This document shows positions 37,199 through 44,462 of a stretch of 64,000 nucleotides of DNA, piece after piece. Origin of the DNA: a phage; the sequence record PX092659.1, one strand, 5' to 3'. Made by a program: the position numbers and the translations under genes. The notes beneath the pieces were generated by a model. The model was given only the letters and a program-made list of their open reading frames with translations, did not search any database and was not told the origin of the DNA. Position 1 is the stretch's first letter. Each line of letters begins with the position of its first letter.

Positions 37199-38146
37199 AT
37201 GTTTAATACTAAAAATATGAAAGAACTGACTTCTGAGCAGAAAGTAATTCGTACTATTAAACGTTGGGGTATTGGTGCTGTAGTTGGTTTAGCAGGCTTG
37301 ATTCTAGCCTTTAATTCATATACTATTGTTTCTGATGGTACGGTTAAAACTCAAACATTTCTGGGTAAAGTAGATCCTAACCCAGTATTACCAGGTTTCC
37401 ATCTTGTAAACCCCTTTGCATCTTTCGACACTTTTAGTACAAAAGATATTGCTGTAAAATTAGATAAACTTCAAGTTCCTAGTCAGGATAAATTTAAATC
37501 CACTGTTGACCTGACTGTTATGTTGCAGTTTGATGGTTCTAAGGCACCGATTAACCGTATTAATGCGGGTACTCAGGATCAAGCGTTAGACAAATATGTA
37601 ACTGAAAAATTACTGTCTACTATTCGTGAGTTTGGTAAGTCTGTACCTAAAGCACAAGATTTGTTTGATGCTAAAATTCAGGCTCAATTGCAAACTGCAA
37701 TTCAACAGGAAGTTGAAGAGTATGCACGCCCATATGGTTATACAGTTAAGCAGGTATTCCTTCAGGATATTACTTTGCCACCGGTAATCATGGAACAGGT
37801 ACAGAATACCAAAGTTCGTGAAGAACAGGTTAATGCTGCTAAAGCTGAATTAGCTCGTGTTGAACAGGAAGCACAGCAAAAAGTTAAACAAGCAGAAGCA
37901 GATCGCGAAGCTCGTAATAACCAAGCTATTGCCAATGAGCGTGACGCAGATGCCAAACTGTACGCAGCTAAGAAAGAAGCTGAAGCTAACGCCGCGTTGC
38001 AACGTACCATTACTCCTGAGATGATTCGCTGGAAGCAACTGGAAGTTGAAATGATTCGTGCTCAGAAATACCAAGGTGGTGTACCGCAGACTGTGGTTGG
38101 CACTGGCTATGATGGCCAAATGATTATGGATATGCGTAATAAATAA
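37199..38146 (+). CDS. SPFH/band-7 (prohibitin/HflC-like) membrane protein
   Basis: 315 aa; N-terminal TM helix (IGAVVGLAGLILAF), SPFH-like core, C-terminal Ala/Glu/Gln-rich coiled coil. Confidence 0.7.
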   Translation: MFNTKNMKELTSEQKVIRTIKRWGIGAVVGLAGLILAFNSYTIVSDGTVKTQTFLGKVDPNPVLPGFHLVNPFASFDTFSTKDIAVKLDKLQVPSQDKFKSTVDLTVMLQFDGSKAPINRINAGTQDQALDKYVTEKLLSTIREFGKSVPKAQDLFDAKIQAQLQTAIQQEVEEYARPYGYTVKQVFLQDITLPPVIMEQVQNTKVREEQVNAAKAELARVEQEAQQKVKQAEADREARNNQAIANERDADAKLYAAKKEAEANAALQRTITPEMIRWKQLEVEMIRAQKYQGGVPQTVVGTGYDGQMIMDMRNK

Positions 38147-38170
38147 TACCCGCATGTAACATCTGAAATA

Positions 38171-38205
38171 AGCCCTGCGTTTCCTGGAGAGCGCAGGGCT
38201 TTTCT
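38171..38205 (+). terminator. rho-independent terminator
   Basis: AGCCCTGCG ... CGCAGGGCT stem followed by TTTTCTG. Confidence 0.75.
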
Positions 38206-38221
38206 GTATTTAAGATAAAAG

Positions 38222-38256
38222 AAAAGCCCCTAAGTCTTTCGACTAGGGGCTTTATT
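38222..38256. terminator. bidirectional rho-independent terminator
   Basis: GCCCCTAAGTC tttc GACTAGGGGC with T-runs on both strands; ends the plus-strand SPFH unit and the minus-strand pair 38471-39901. Confidence 0.7.
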
Positions 38257-38470
38257 GTTTGGTTCTTTAGAACCATATACTCTTGTTACAGCAACCACCC
38301 ATACGGGAGGCCAATCTTGACTGAAAATCTACTCTAGGGGGCAGGATAAGAGTAGGCTTAAAGGCAAACGGATTGAACGCCGGTATTTGTGTAAACATTG
38401 CTGGAGAGCAACAACGTGCTACAGGCATTGGGCAGCACGAAATAGATTTTCTGCAACACATAATTTCTCC

Positions 38471-38887
38471 TTAGGAGTTATTACCACCATTTTGAGCTTT
38501 TGCAACTTGGCTTTGGCAGAAGCTATTAAACTTACCCATAAGTGATACAAGCTGTTTCCCATCCTCTGTCTTTGCGAAGTCTTCGAAAAGGGCTAGTACT
38601 GCCTGTCCTTCCGCAGAAACCTGCGGTTGTTGGGTTTGTTGCTGAACTTGCTGCTGAGGCACCTGTTGCTGCATTTGTTGAGGCATTTGCGACTGCCCGC
38701 TCATTTGCTGCATCATTTGCATAGGACTCACACTTCCAGGGTTTTGCTGGAGTTGTTGCTGCATCTGTTGCGCTTCTGCTAAACGCTGTTGCAATTGTTG
38801 TAAGTAGGGGTTATCCAGACCCGGAATGGGCTGCTGGGAGCCCATACTTTGATTAAGTCCGTTATTTACAAAACCATATTTACTCAT
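38471..38887 (-). CDS. hypothetical Gln-rich low-complexity protein
   Basis: 138 aa; about 35 percent Gln (QQLQQRLAEAQQMQQQLQQ...); part of the inverted two-gene module. Confidence 0.5.
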   Translation of the reverse strand: MSKYGFVNNGLNQSMGSQQPIPGLDNPYLQQLQQRLAEAQQMQQQLQQNPGSVSPMQMMQQMSGQSQMPQQMQQQVPQQQVQQQTQQPQVSAEGQAVLALFEDFAKTEDGKQLVSLMGKFNSFCQSQVAKAQNGGNNS

Positions 38888-38908
38888 AATGGGCTCCTCC
38901 CCTTAATA

Positions 38909-39901
38909 TTAAGCCGGCAGTTTAGCCTGCAGACCAGCCAGAGTCTGAGTGATAGCACCAAGACTTACAGCGATTTGATTAATTACCTGACCGTTAGCAC
39001 CGTTACCCGCAGCGATTGCTTCACGTAGGCGACATGCATCTAACTCATCCTGAATACGAGCAGTAGTTACACCAGCGATAGCAGTCTGAAGTTCACAGCA
39101 ACATTCAGCGATCTGACGTTCCAGAGAGTTCTGGTTAGCACACATCTGAGCCTGAACAGCGGCAAACTGGTTATTAGTTTGTAAAGTCTGCTGGAAAGCG
39201 ATCTGTGCAGAATCAAACTTATCTTGTGCACGAGCTATCTGATTAGCTGCGAAAGATTGATCAATCTGGCGAGAAAGATCGAACTGACCCTGAATAACGT
39301 TGCGAGTTTCCTGACAGATCTGATTAGACAGATTAGCACCTGTACCATAGATCGTAGTTAGTACAGACTGAGTATCACGGCTCTGGTTTTGGGATGTCTG
39401 GCTAAACCCATTGTTAACTGCGCTTAAAACAGCTCCAGTACCCTGGTTAGCTTCTGTACGAGTAGTGTTAATAGCTGCTAGAATACTAGCGGTATCTTGG
39501 TTCTGAAGTACTGCATCAACTGCGGTACCATCACCAACTACACCACGTCCACCGAATCCACCGAAACCACCGAATCCGCCTGTTAATAGAGCACCGATTA
39601 GGATAGCTCCGAATAGTCCCATACCTTCACCACCGAAAGCACCTGCGTTTGCTGGGTAACCACCCAGTAGGCCAGGGAAGCCACTAGTAAATACGTTTAC
39701 TGGTTCTTGCATTTTATGTTTTCCATATTTATGACAATGTTCATCGTCATCTTCTTCATCATCGTGTTCACGATGTTTTTCTTCGTAGGCTCTGACCTTC
39801 TCCCACTTTTTCTTATCTGATTCCTCGTGACGGTGCAGTTCTGCTGCAACGCTAGCGACGGTCTCAGGACTCTTAGCTACTTCTTCTGTCATTTTTGACA
39901 C
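38909..39901 (-). CDS. hypothetical membrane protein with glycine-zipper TM segment and Gln/Asn/Cys-rich C-terminal domain
   Basis: 330 aa; acidic/His-rich N-terminus, Gly-zipper TM (GLFGAILIGALLTGGFGGFGGFGG), Q/N/T-rich C-terminal half with Cys clusters (AECCCELQ); AGGAGGTG RBS. Confidence 0.55.
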   Translation of the reverse strand: MSKMTEEVAKSPETVASVAAELHRHEESDKKKWEKVRAYEEKHREHDDEEDDDEHCHKYGKHKMQEPVNVFTSGFPGLLGGYPANAGAFGGEGMGLFGAILIGALLTGGFGGFGGFGGRGVVGDGTAVDAVLQNQDTASILAAINTTRTEANQGTGAVLSAVNNGFSQTSQNQSRDTQSVLTTIYGTGANLSNQICQETRNVIQGQFDLSRQIDQSFAANQIARAQDKFDSAQIAFQQTLQTNNQFAAVQAQMCANQNSLERQIAECCCELQTAIAGVTTARIQDELDACRLREAIAAGNGANGQVINQIAVSLGAITQTLAGLQAKLPA

Positions 39902-39952
39902 CTCCTAGTATATAGAAAATGTGTGTCTCTTTGATCACTCATCCATAACATA

Positions 39953-39981
39953 TACTTTACACTACCCCAGCGAAAATGTCA
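39953..39981 (-). promoter_or_regulatory. second promoter class (minus): TTGACATTTTCGC-type
   Basis: Reverse complement reads TTGACA ttttcgctggggtagtg TAAAGT; shares the 13-nt TTGACATTTTCGC with 9576-9604. Confidence 0.55.
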
Positions 39982-40098
39982 AGGGGTCTTTAAAAATTGC
40001 CCCTGAATTTTTAGTGGGGTCACAAATTTTGGTCCTCACCATTTATCTGCTATCCTTAAGTGCCCTATGATTTTCCTCTAAAAAGTTAAAAAATTTGA

Positions 40099-40127
40099 TT
40101 GCTTGAATGCTAAATTCTCTGTATAAT
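40099..40127 (+). promoter_or_regulatory. sigma70-type early promoter: TTGCTT-N17-TATAAT
   Basis: Cassette match. Confidence 0.6.
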
Positions 40128-40157
40128 ATATCTATAAATTTGAAAGAGGAACCAAAT

Positions 40158-40676
40158 ATGAATGTTGATGAGCTAACACAGCACCTCTTATCTAGAGGAT
40201 TTGATACAGATAAATATCATTGCTGGTTAAGTCCGGAAGGATGGCTAACAGTCCCGTTGTATGACTTCTCTGGGATGTTGAGGGGCTATCAAACTTATAA
40301 TCCTTCTGCTCCAAAAGGTCATGGTAAGTGCCCCTTTGAAGCTAAATACTTTACTTATTCTACTACCCAGTGTGTATGGGGACTAGAAACTCTCAATGGA
40401 GATGAAAAAGTAGTATTGATTGCTGAATCTGTATTTAAGGCAGTTGCGTTACATAATGCTGGTTATCCAGCCCTAGCAATGTTGGGTTCTTCTCCAGGAA
40501 AAGCGTTATTAAAGCAACTGAAATTACTACCTTTTAAATTGGTAGCTGTCGGAGATAATGATCCTGCGGGTGAAAAATTTGCTAGAAAATTAAACGGCTT
40601 TGTTTCTCCCGTAGATGTGGATGAGATGTCTACCGAAAACTTGAAAAATTTTCTTGCTATGAAGCTAAATTTCTAA
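40158..40676 (+). CDS. small TOPRIM-domain-like protein
   Basis: ATG 40158 after GAAAGAGGAAC RBS (track ORF extends to 40107); TOPRIM-like Glu (LIAESVFK) and DxD (AVGDNDPAG). Confidence 0.45.
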   Translation: MNVDELTQHLLSRGFDTDKYHCWLSPEGWLTVPLYDFSGMLRGYQTYNPSAPKGHGKCPFEAKYFTYSTTQCVWGLETLNGDEKVVLIAESVFKAVALHNAGYPALAMLGSSPGKALLKQLKLLPFKLVAVGDNDPAGEKFARKLNGFVSPVDVDEMSTENLKNFLAMKLNF

Positions 40677-40682
40677 TATAAT
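40654..40682 (+). promoter_or_regulatory. sigma70-type early promoter: TTGCTA-N17-TATAAT (inside 3' end of previous ORF)
   Basis: Cassette match; would drive the tRNA-Ser/tRNA-Met pair. Confidence 0.55.
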
Positions 40683-40697
40683 ATATCTTATAAATTC

Positions 40698-40786
40698 GGA
40701 AGAATAGCATAACGGTATTGCAGCAGATTGCTAATCTGTCGGCTTGAAATATAGCCTTGTGGGTTCGATTCCCACTTCTTCCGCCA
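40698..40786 (+). tRNA. tRNA-Ser (anticodon GCT), class II
   Basis: Acceptor GGAAGAA/TTCTTCC, anticodon loop TTGCTAA, long variable arm, T-arm GTGGG-TTCGATT-CCCAC, G73-CCA. Confidence 0.75.
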
Positions 40787-40792
40787 AACATA

Positions 40793-40867
40793 GGGTCGGT
40801 AGCTTAAAGTTAAAGCGGTGGCCTCATAAGCTAACGAGTAGGAGTTAGATTCTCCTCCGACCCACCA
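40793..40867 (+). tRNA. tRNA with CAT anticodon (Met, fMet or Ile2 type)
   Basis: Perfect acceptor GGGTCGG/CCGACCC, D-stem GCTT/AAGC, anticodon loop CTCATAA, T-arm AGGAG-TTAGATT-CTCCT. Confidence 0.7.
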
Positions 40868-40881
40868 ATTAGGTACTGCGT

Positions 40882-41283
40882 ATGGAAAAGGTTGAATTTG
40901 AGTACTTTGGAGTTATTTTAATTGTACACTTAAATGGTACAATAGAAACTAAAGATAGAATAATAACACAACGAAATCAATATGGCGAGTATACTAGAAC
41001 TATAAAAGGAAAGGTACTGTCTCCACGTTGCAATGGTAAATCTGGGTATTTTCAGGTGAAGATTTGCAATAAGGGATTAGGTAAAAATGAGTATGTGCAC
41101 AGACTCGTATGGATGGCTTTCAACGGTGAAATACCGGAAGGCTATGAAATAGAGCACAAAGATGATGATAAGTCTAATAATGCTTTACCTAACCTAGAAT
41201 TATTCACAAGAAAGCAGAATATGGACAAAGTCTTAAATAAGATGACTAGAGATTCTCTAGGTCGTTTTGAAAAACTTAACTAG
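40882..41283 (+). CDS. HNH homing endonuclease (divergent copy) inside tRNA cluster
   Basis: 133 aa; HRLVWMAFNGEIPEGYEIEHKDDDKSNNALPNLELFTRKQN. Confidence 0.6.
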   Translation: MEKVEFEYFGVILIVHLNGTIETKDRIITQRNQYGEYTRTIKGKVLSPRCNGKSGYFQVKICNKGLGKNEYVHRLVWMAFNGEIPEGYEIEHKDDDKSNNALPNLELFTRKQNMDKVLNKMTRDSLGRFEKLN

Positions 41284-41291
41284 GAGACTAT

Positions 41292-41477
41292 ATGTCTAAG
41301 TTTCAAGAACTCAAGCAAGAGCTAGAAGAATGTGCCTGCCCTGAGTGTAGAGGAATTGGTGAAAGTTCTGATGCAGAAGCAGGAGATACTTTTTGCAATA
41401 TCTGGGTTTGCCCAACTTGCAATGGTACAGGTATTAATCCTAACTGCGGTATTTCCCTAGATATTGAGCGAGGATAA
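41292..41477 (+). CDS. hypothetical small Cys-rich protein (two CxxC pairs)
   Basis: 61 aa; CACPECRG ... CPTCNG. Confidence 0.45.
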   Translation: MSKFQELKQELEECACPECRGIGESSDAEAGDTFCNIWVCPTCNGTGINPNCGISLDIERG

Positions 41478-41578
41478 TACCTGTGAAACTAAAAGATTAT
41501 TATATTGGTTGGTTTGTGGGACTAGTAGTAGTATTTTCACTAGGCTATAATATGTATCAACTAATAAACTGATTACAT

Positions 41579-41655
41579 GGGGGTGTAATCGAATTGGCAT
41601 AGGTACTGGACTTAAAATTCAGGTTTTGTGGGTTCGAATCCCACCACCCCTACCA
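41579..41655 (+). tRNA. tRNA with TAA anticodon (Leu-type anticodon) but short variable arm
   Basis: Acceptor GGGGGTG/CACCCCT, anticodon stem CTGGA/TTCAG with loop CTTAAAA, 5-nt variable region, T-arm GTGGG-TTCGAAT-CCCAC, A73-CCA. Confidence 0.6.
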
Positions 41656-41830
41656 AATTAAGGAAATAAGATGTATAGACATCCACCTCCGCCAACACGT
41701 CGTTCCAGAGAAGTTATCCTCATGGAGTTGACTAAAAACTTCAAGGCAACTCTTGAAGATAGAGATTTAGGCACGGATGAAGACATTGATTTTATTTGTA
41801 GACTATTAAAGATGAAACTGGAGAAACAAC

Positions 41831-42037
41831 ATGGCTAATCCTGAAATTACCGCACAACGTTTCATGCTTAAAGGCATGATTGCTGAAGCAGGTATGACTC
41901 AAGAGGTTGCAGACTTTCATAAGCAATTTCTTGATATTATAACTCTAGCTAAAGAGACTGGAGAAAAAGAACACGGAGCAGCAATTATGGCTATATCTCT
42001 TATTAGTCTAGACTTGGCTGAAGAATCTGGAGTTTAG
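41831..42037 (+). CDS. hypothetical protein
   Basis: 68-aa track ORF; a 56-aa ORF at about 41671-41841 precedes it. Confidence 0.45.
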   Translation: MANPEITAQRFMLKGMIAEAGMTQEVADFHKQFLDIITLAKETGEKEHGAAIMAISLISLDLAEESGV

Positions 42038-42067
42038 CTCCTCCAAACAGAATTTTTAAAAATGTAC

Positions 42068-42097
42068 TTGCCTTTTGCTTTAAATTTCTGATATAAT
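42068..42097 (+). promoter_or_regulatory. sigma70-type promoter (TTGCCT-N18-TATAAT)
   Basis: Cassette-like with 18-nt spacer. Confidence 0.45.
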
Positions 42098-42127
42098 AGT
42101 TATATAAATTGATGAAGGAGTTAACGA

Positions 42128-42403
42128 ATGCAAAATCGTGTTATAGCAGCTGGTATTGAAAGTGCAATCTGTAAATCCTGGGAAGGCTGGGAAGGTGAGA
42201 TTGAATGGCTTTATTTCTATGATGTAGAACTTCTGCCGGAAGTTAAAGCTAAATGTGTTGAAGCTGGCATGGCTCCAGATGCAAAAGCTGATATTGATAT
42301 TTCAATGTCTGAACTTAAAGGTCGTGTAATTACTGTTAGTGATGAGGGCGAAGAAGTCTTCGAACTTCCATTCTCCTTAATTGTCACTCCTAAGTTCGAC
42401 TAA
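42128..42403 (+). CDS. hypothetical protein
   Basis: 91-aa track ORF after GAAGGAG RBS. Confidence 0.5.
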   Translation: MQNRVIAAGIESAICKSWEGWEGEIEWLYFYDVELLPEVKAKCVEAGMAPDAKADIDISMSELKGRVITVSDEGEEVFELPFSLIVTPKFD

Positions 42404-42439
42404 CTAATACAGCACTGAGCAAGTTCTTTAAAATTTGAC

Positions 42440-42468
42440 TTGCTCAGTGCTATAAAACTTGATATAAT
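42440..42468 (+). promoter_or_regulatory. sigma70-type early promoter: TTGCTC-N17-TATAAT
   Basis: Cassette match; drives the RNA-only unit 42496-42938. Confidence 0.55.
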
Positions 42469-42495
42469 AGTTATCTAATTTGGAAAGTTCTTTTT

Positions 42496-42589
42496 AAGGT
42501 AGTTCCTACTTTAGTAGAGTAAATTTTTGGCAGATGGCCCCACCATTTTACCGATAACTCCTAGTCAGTGCGGCAACACTGGCTACCTT
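42496..42589 (+). ncRNA. candidate tRNA-sized structured RNA (non-canonical, no consensus T-loop)
   Basis: Terminal 7-bp helix AAGGTAG/CTACCTT encloses three hairpins (CTAC-ttta-GTAG; ATGG-cccca-CCAT; CAGTG-cggcaa-CACTG); lies between promoter and tRNA-Tyr. Confidence 0.3.
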
Positions 42590-42600
42590 AAAGAGAATTT

Positions 42601-42687
42601 GGGCGTTTATTCCGTAAGTGGTAGCGGAGGGGATTGTAAATCCCTGGTCATTGCGACTCGAGTGGTTCGACTCCATTAACGCCCACC
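42601..42687 (+). tRNA. tRNA-Tyr (anticodon GTA), class II
   Basis: Acceptor GGGCGTT/AACGCCC, anticodon loop TTGTAAA, long variable arm, A73-CCA. Confidence 0.75.
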
Positions 42688-42695
42688 AAATTTAA

Positions 42696-42772
42696 GTCCT
42701 GTTAGACAAACGGGTAAAGTCACTACCCTTTCAAGGTAGGATTTGCGGGTTCGATCCCCGCACAGGACGCCA
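42696..42772 (+). tRNA. tRNA-Glu (anticodon TTC)
   Basis: Acceptor GTCCTGT/ACAGGAC, anticodon stem CTACC/GGTAG with loop CTTTCAA, T-arm GCGGG-TTCGATC-CCCGC. Confidence 0.8.
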
Positions 42773-42780
42773 ATTTCTGC

Positions 42781-42857
42781 ATTCCTAGAGTGTTACTGGA
42801 CAGCATGTCGGTCTCCAAAACCGTACGGTCTAGGTTCGAGTCCTAGTAGGTTTGCCA
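42781..42857 (+). tRNA. tRNA-Trp (anticodon CCA), two U-U mismatches in acceptor stem
   Basis: Anticodon loop CTCCAAA on stem CGGT/ACCG; T-arm CTAGG-TTCGAGT-CCTAG; acceptor ATTCCTA/TAGGTTT pairs at 5 of 7 positions. Confidence 0.55.
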
Positions 42858-42863
42858 AAATTT

Positions 42864-42938
42864 GCACCTTTAGCTGAGATGGATTAGCGCTTGCCTGAAG
42901 AGCTTGAGAGGTTCGTTCGATACGAACAGGGTGCACCA
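42864..42938 (+). tRNA. tRNA-Phe (anticodon GAA)
   Basis: Acceptor GCACCTT/AGGGTGC, D-stem GCTG/TAGC, anticodon loop CTGAAGA, T-arm GTTCG-TTCGATA-CGAAC. Confidence 0.65.
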
Positions 42939-42955
42939 AATTGAAGGAGCTGCTG

Positions 42956-43228
42956 ATGCATCCTGAAAACTTCTTTATTTACTGCGCGGATAAGTCGCTG
43001 AAACGTAGAATTAACAAAGTCTATCATTATCGTGCTAGTCAACAGCCTTATGTATATGCTTTTGACGGTGATCACATTCCACTAGAACAATTATCTTGTG
43101 ATTACATGATATTGAAGAACTTTGACGAGACGAAGATCTCAAGCGTTCATAATCGACAGAATCCCTTAACGTGGAAATATAAGAAGAAAAAGAAAGGCAT
43201 CAAATTCTTAAAAAATGTAGTTGCTTAG
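42956..43228 (+). CDS. hypothetical protein
   Basis: ATG 42956 after GAAGGAG (track ORF starts at TTG 42941). Confidence 0.45.
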   Translation: MHPENFFIYCADKSLKRRINKVYHYRASQQPYVYAFDGDHIPLEQLSCDYMILKNFDETKISSVHNRQNPLTWKYKKKKKGIKFLKNVVA

Positions 43229-43249
43229 TTTCTAAAAGTTCTGTATAAT
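43221..43249 (+). promoter_or_regulatory. sigma70-type early promoter: TTGCTT-N17-TATAAT (within 3' end of previous ORF)
   Basis: Cassette match. Confidence 0.55.
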
Positions 43250-43297
43250 AATTACATAAATTGAACTGGAGAAGCAACATGACAGAACAAGATAAAC

Positions 43298-43373
43298 CGA
43301 CCGTTGGCTGAATGGCTTAGGCGAAGGATTGCAAATCCTTTTTATGTGAGTTCAAATCTCATGCGGTCGTCCA
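43298..43373 (+). tRNA. tRNA-Cys (anticodon GCA)
   Basis: Acceptor CGACCGT/GCGGTCG, anticodon stem AAGGA/TCCTT with loop TTGCAAA, T-arm GTGAG-TTCAAAT-CTCAT. Confidence 0.7.
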
Positions 43374-43380
43374 AATTTTA

Positions 43381-43463
43381 GGGTCGTTAGCCAAGCGGTT
43401 TGGCGGCGGATTGTTAATCCGTGTCGAAAGACAACGTAGGTTCGAATCCTACACGGCCCGCCA
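43381..43463 (+). tRNA. class II-shaped tRNA with GTT (Asn-type) anticodon and G73
   Basis: Acceptor GGGTCGT/ACGGCCC, D-stem GCCA/TGGC, anticodon stem GCGGA/TCCGT with loop TTGTTAA, 13-nt variable arm with GTC/GAC stem, T-arm GTAGG-TTCGAAT-CCTAC. Confidence 0.55.
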
Positions 43464-43565
43464 AATTCTGTGTAGAGTTAAGTAAACCGGTAGCCAACCA
43501 GCTATCATTGCTGACATCGAATTCAGCCACAGATACCATTTTCATTAATAACTGAGGAAACAAGC

Positions 43566-43751
43566 ATGTCCAAGAATGTAATTGCGCAGCTAGAAGTTCA
43601 TCGTGATAGCACTATTAACAATATTGAAGTTGAAAAGAAATACATCGAAGAACTTAAACACGATATACTAGTAAGTCTCAATCGTCTTAATGTACGAAAA
43701 GAGTTTCTTAAAGAACTTAATGCAGCTATTGAAAAACTCAAAGCTGAGTAA
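43566..43751 (+). CDS. hypothetical protein
   Basis: 61-aa track ORF after GAGGAAACAAGC RBS. Confidence 0.45.
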   Translation: MSKNVIAQLEVHRDSTINNIEVEKKYIEELKHDILVSLNRLNVRKEFLKELNAAIEKLKAE

Positions 43752-43760
43752 ATGAATTAT

Positions 43761-43837
43761 GCGACCGGGGCTGGCTTGGTAATGGTACTCCCCTGTCACG
43801 GGAGAGAATGTGGGTTCGAATCCCATCGGTCGCGCCA
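43761..43837 (+). tRNA. tRNA-Asp (anticodon GTC)
   Basis: Acceptor GCGACCG/CGGTCGC, anticodon stem CTCCC/GGGAG with loop CTGTCAC, T-arm TGGG-TTCGAAT-CCCA. Confidence 0.8.
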
Positions 43838-44013
43838 AATAAGGTAGGTTAGCTATGGAATGTAGGGAGTTTACTCCAGAAGAGATAGAGCAGATAAAAG
43901 AATCTGCTATGAAAAATGCTAGAATATCTCTGTCACTGGAAGGTATCATTATTAGTGATGTAAACTTTGAAAAAATCAAAGCCATAGCTGATGAACTGGA
44001 AAAGTAATTTAAT

Positions 44014-44089
44014 ACATCCATAGCTCAATGGTTAGAGCTACCGCCTCTTAAGCGGAGGGTTCTAGGTTCAAGTCCTAGTGGGTGTACCA
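44014..44089 (+). tRNA. tRNA-Lys (anticodon CTT)
   Basis: Acceptor ACATCCA/TGGGTGT, D-arm GCTCAATGGTTAGAGC, anticodon loop CTCTTAA, T-arm CTAGG-TTCAAGT-CCTAG. Confidence 0.65.
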
Positions 44090-44114
44090 AATTAATTTAG
44101 TATGAGAATATACT

Positions 44115-44462
44115 ATGCGTAATGCTAAAGAAGAGCTGTTACTCGCCTTAAAAAATACCAATTCTAAAGTTAAGTGTATTAAAATAGAATTTGGGTATTA
44201 TGGGGACAAAAAAGTCTGGGTATTACCTTTAGGTTATACAGAAGAAGACATTGAGGGGTTTCTTAATAACCTAGACTTTGAATATGATTCTGGATACGGT
44301 GGACAATTACTTTATGGTAATGTATGGTTTGCCGATGGAACTTGGCTAGAACGTGGGGAATATGATGGTGCTGAGTGGTGGGAATACAAGGCTACACCAG
44401 CAATCCCAGAGGAATGCCGAACAATTAATGGTGAAGTAGATAATACTTTACGGTTAAACTAA
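44115..44462 (+). CDS. hypothetical protein
   Basis: 115-aa track ORF. Confidence 0.5.
   Translation: MRNAKEELLLALKNTNSKVKCIKIEFGYYGDKKVWVLPLGYTEEDIEGFLNNLDFEYDSGYGGQLLYGNVWFADGTWLERGEYDGAEWWEYKATPAIPEECRTINGEVDNTLRLN

Noticed and set aside
37762-38155. Minus-strand ORFs 37762-38010 and 37850-38155
   Set aside because: Antisense to the SPFH gene; driven by Ala/Ser/Cys-rich reverse-frame composition.
41524-41552. Possible promoter upstream of tRNA at 41579 (TATAAT at about 41547)
   Set aside because: No acceptable -35 hexamer at 16-18 nt spacing; only a -10-like element.
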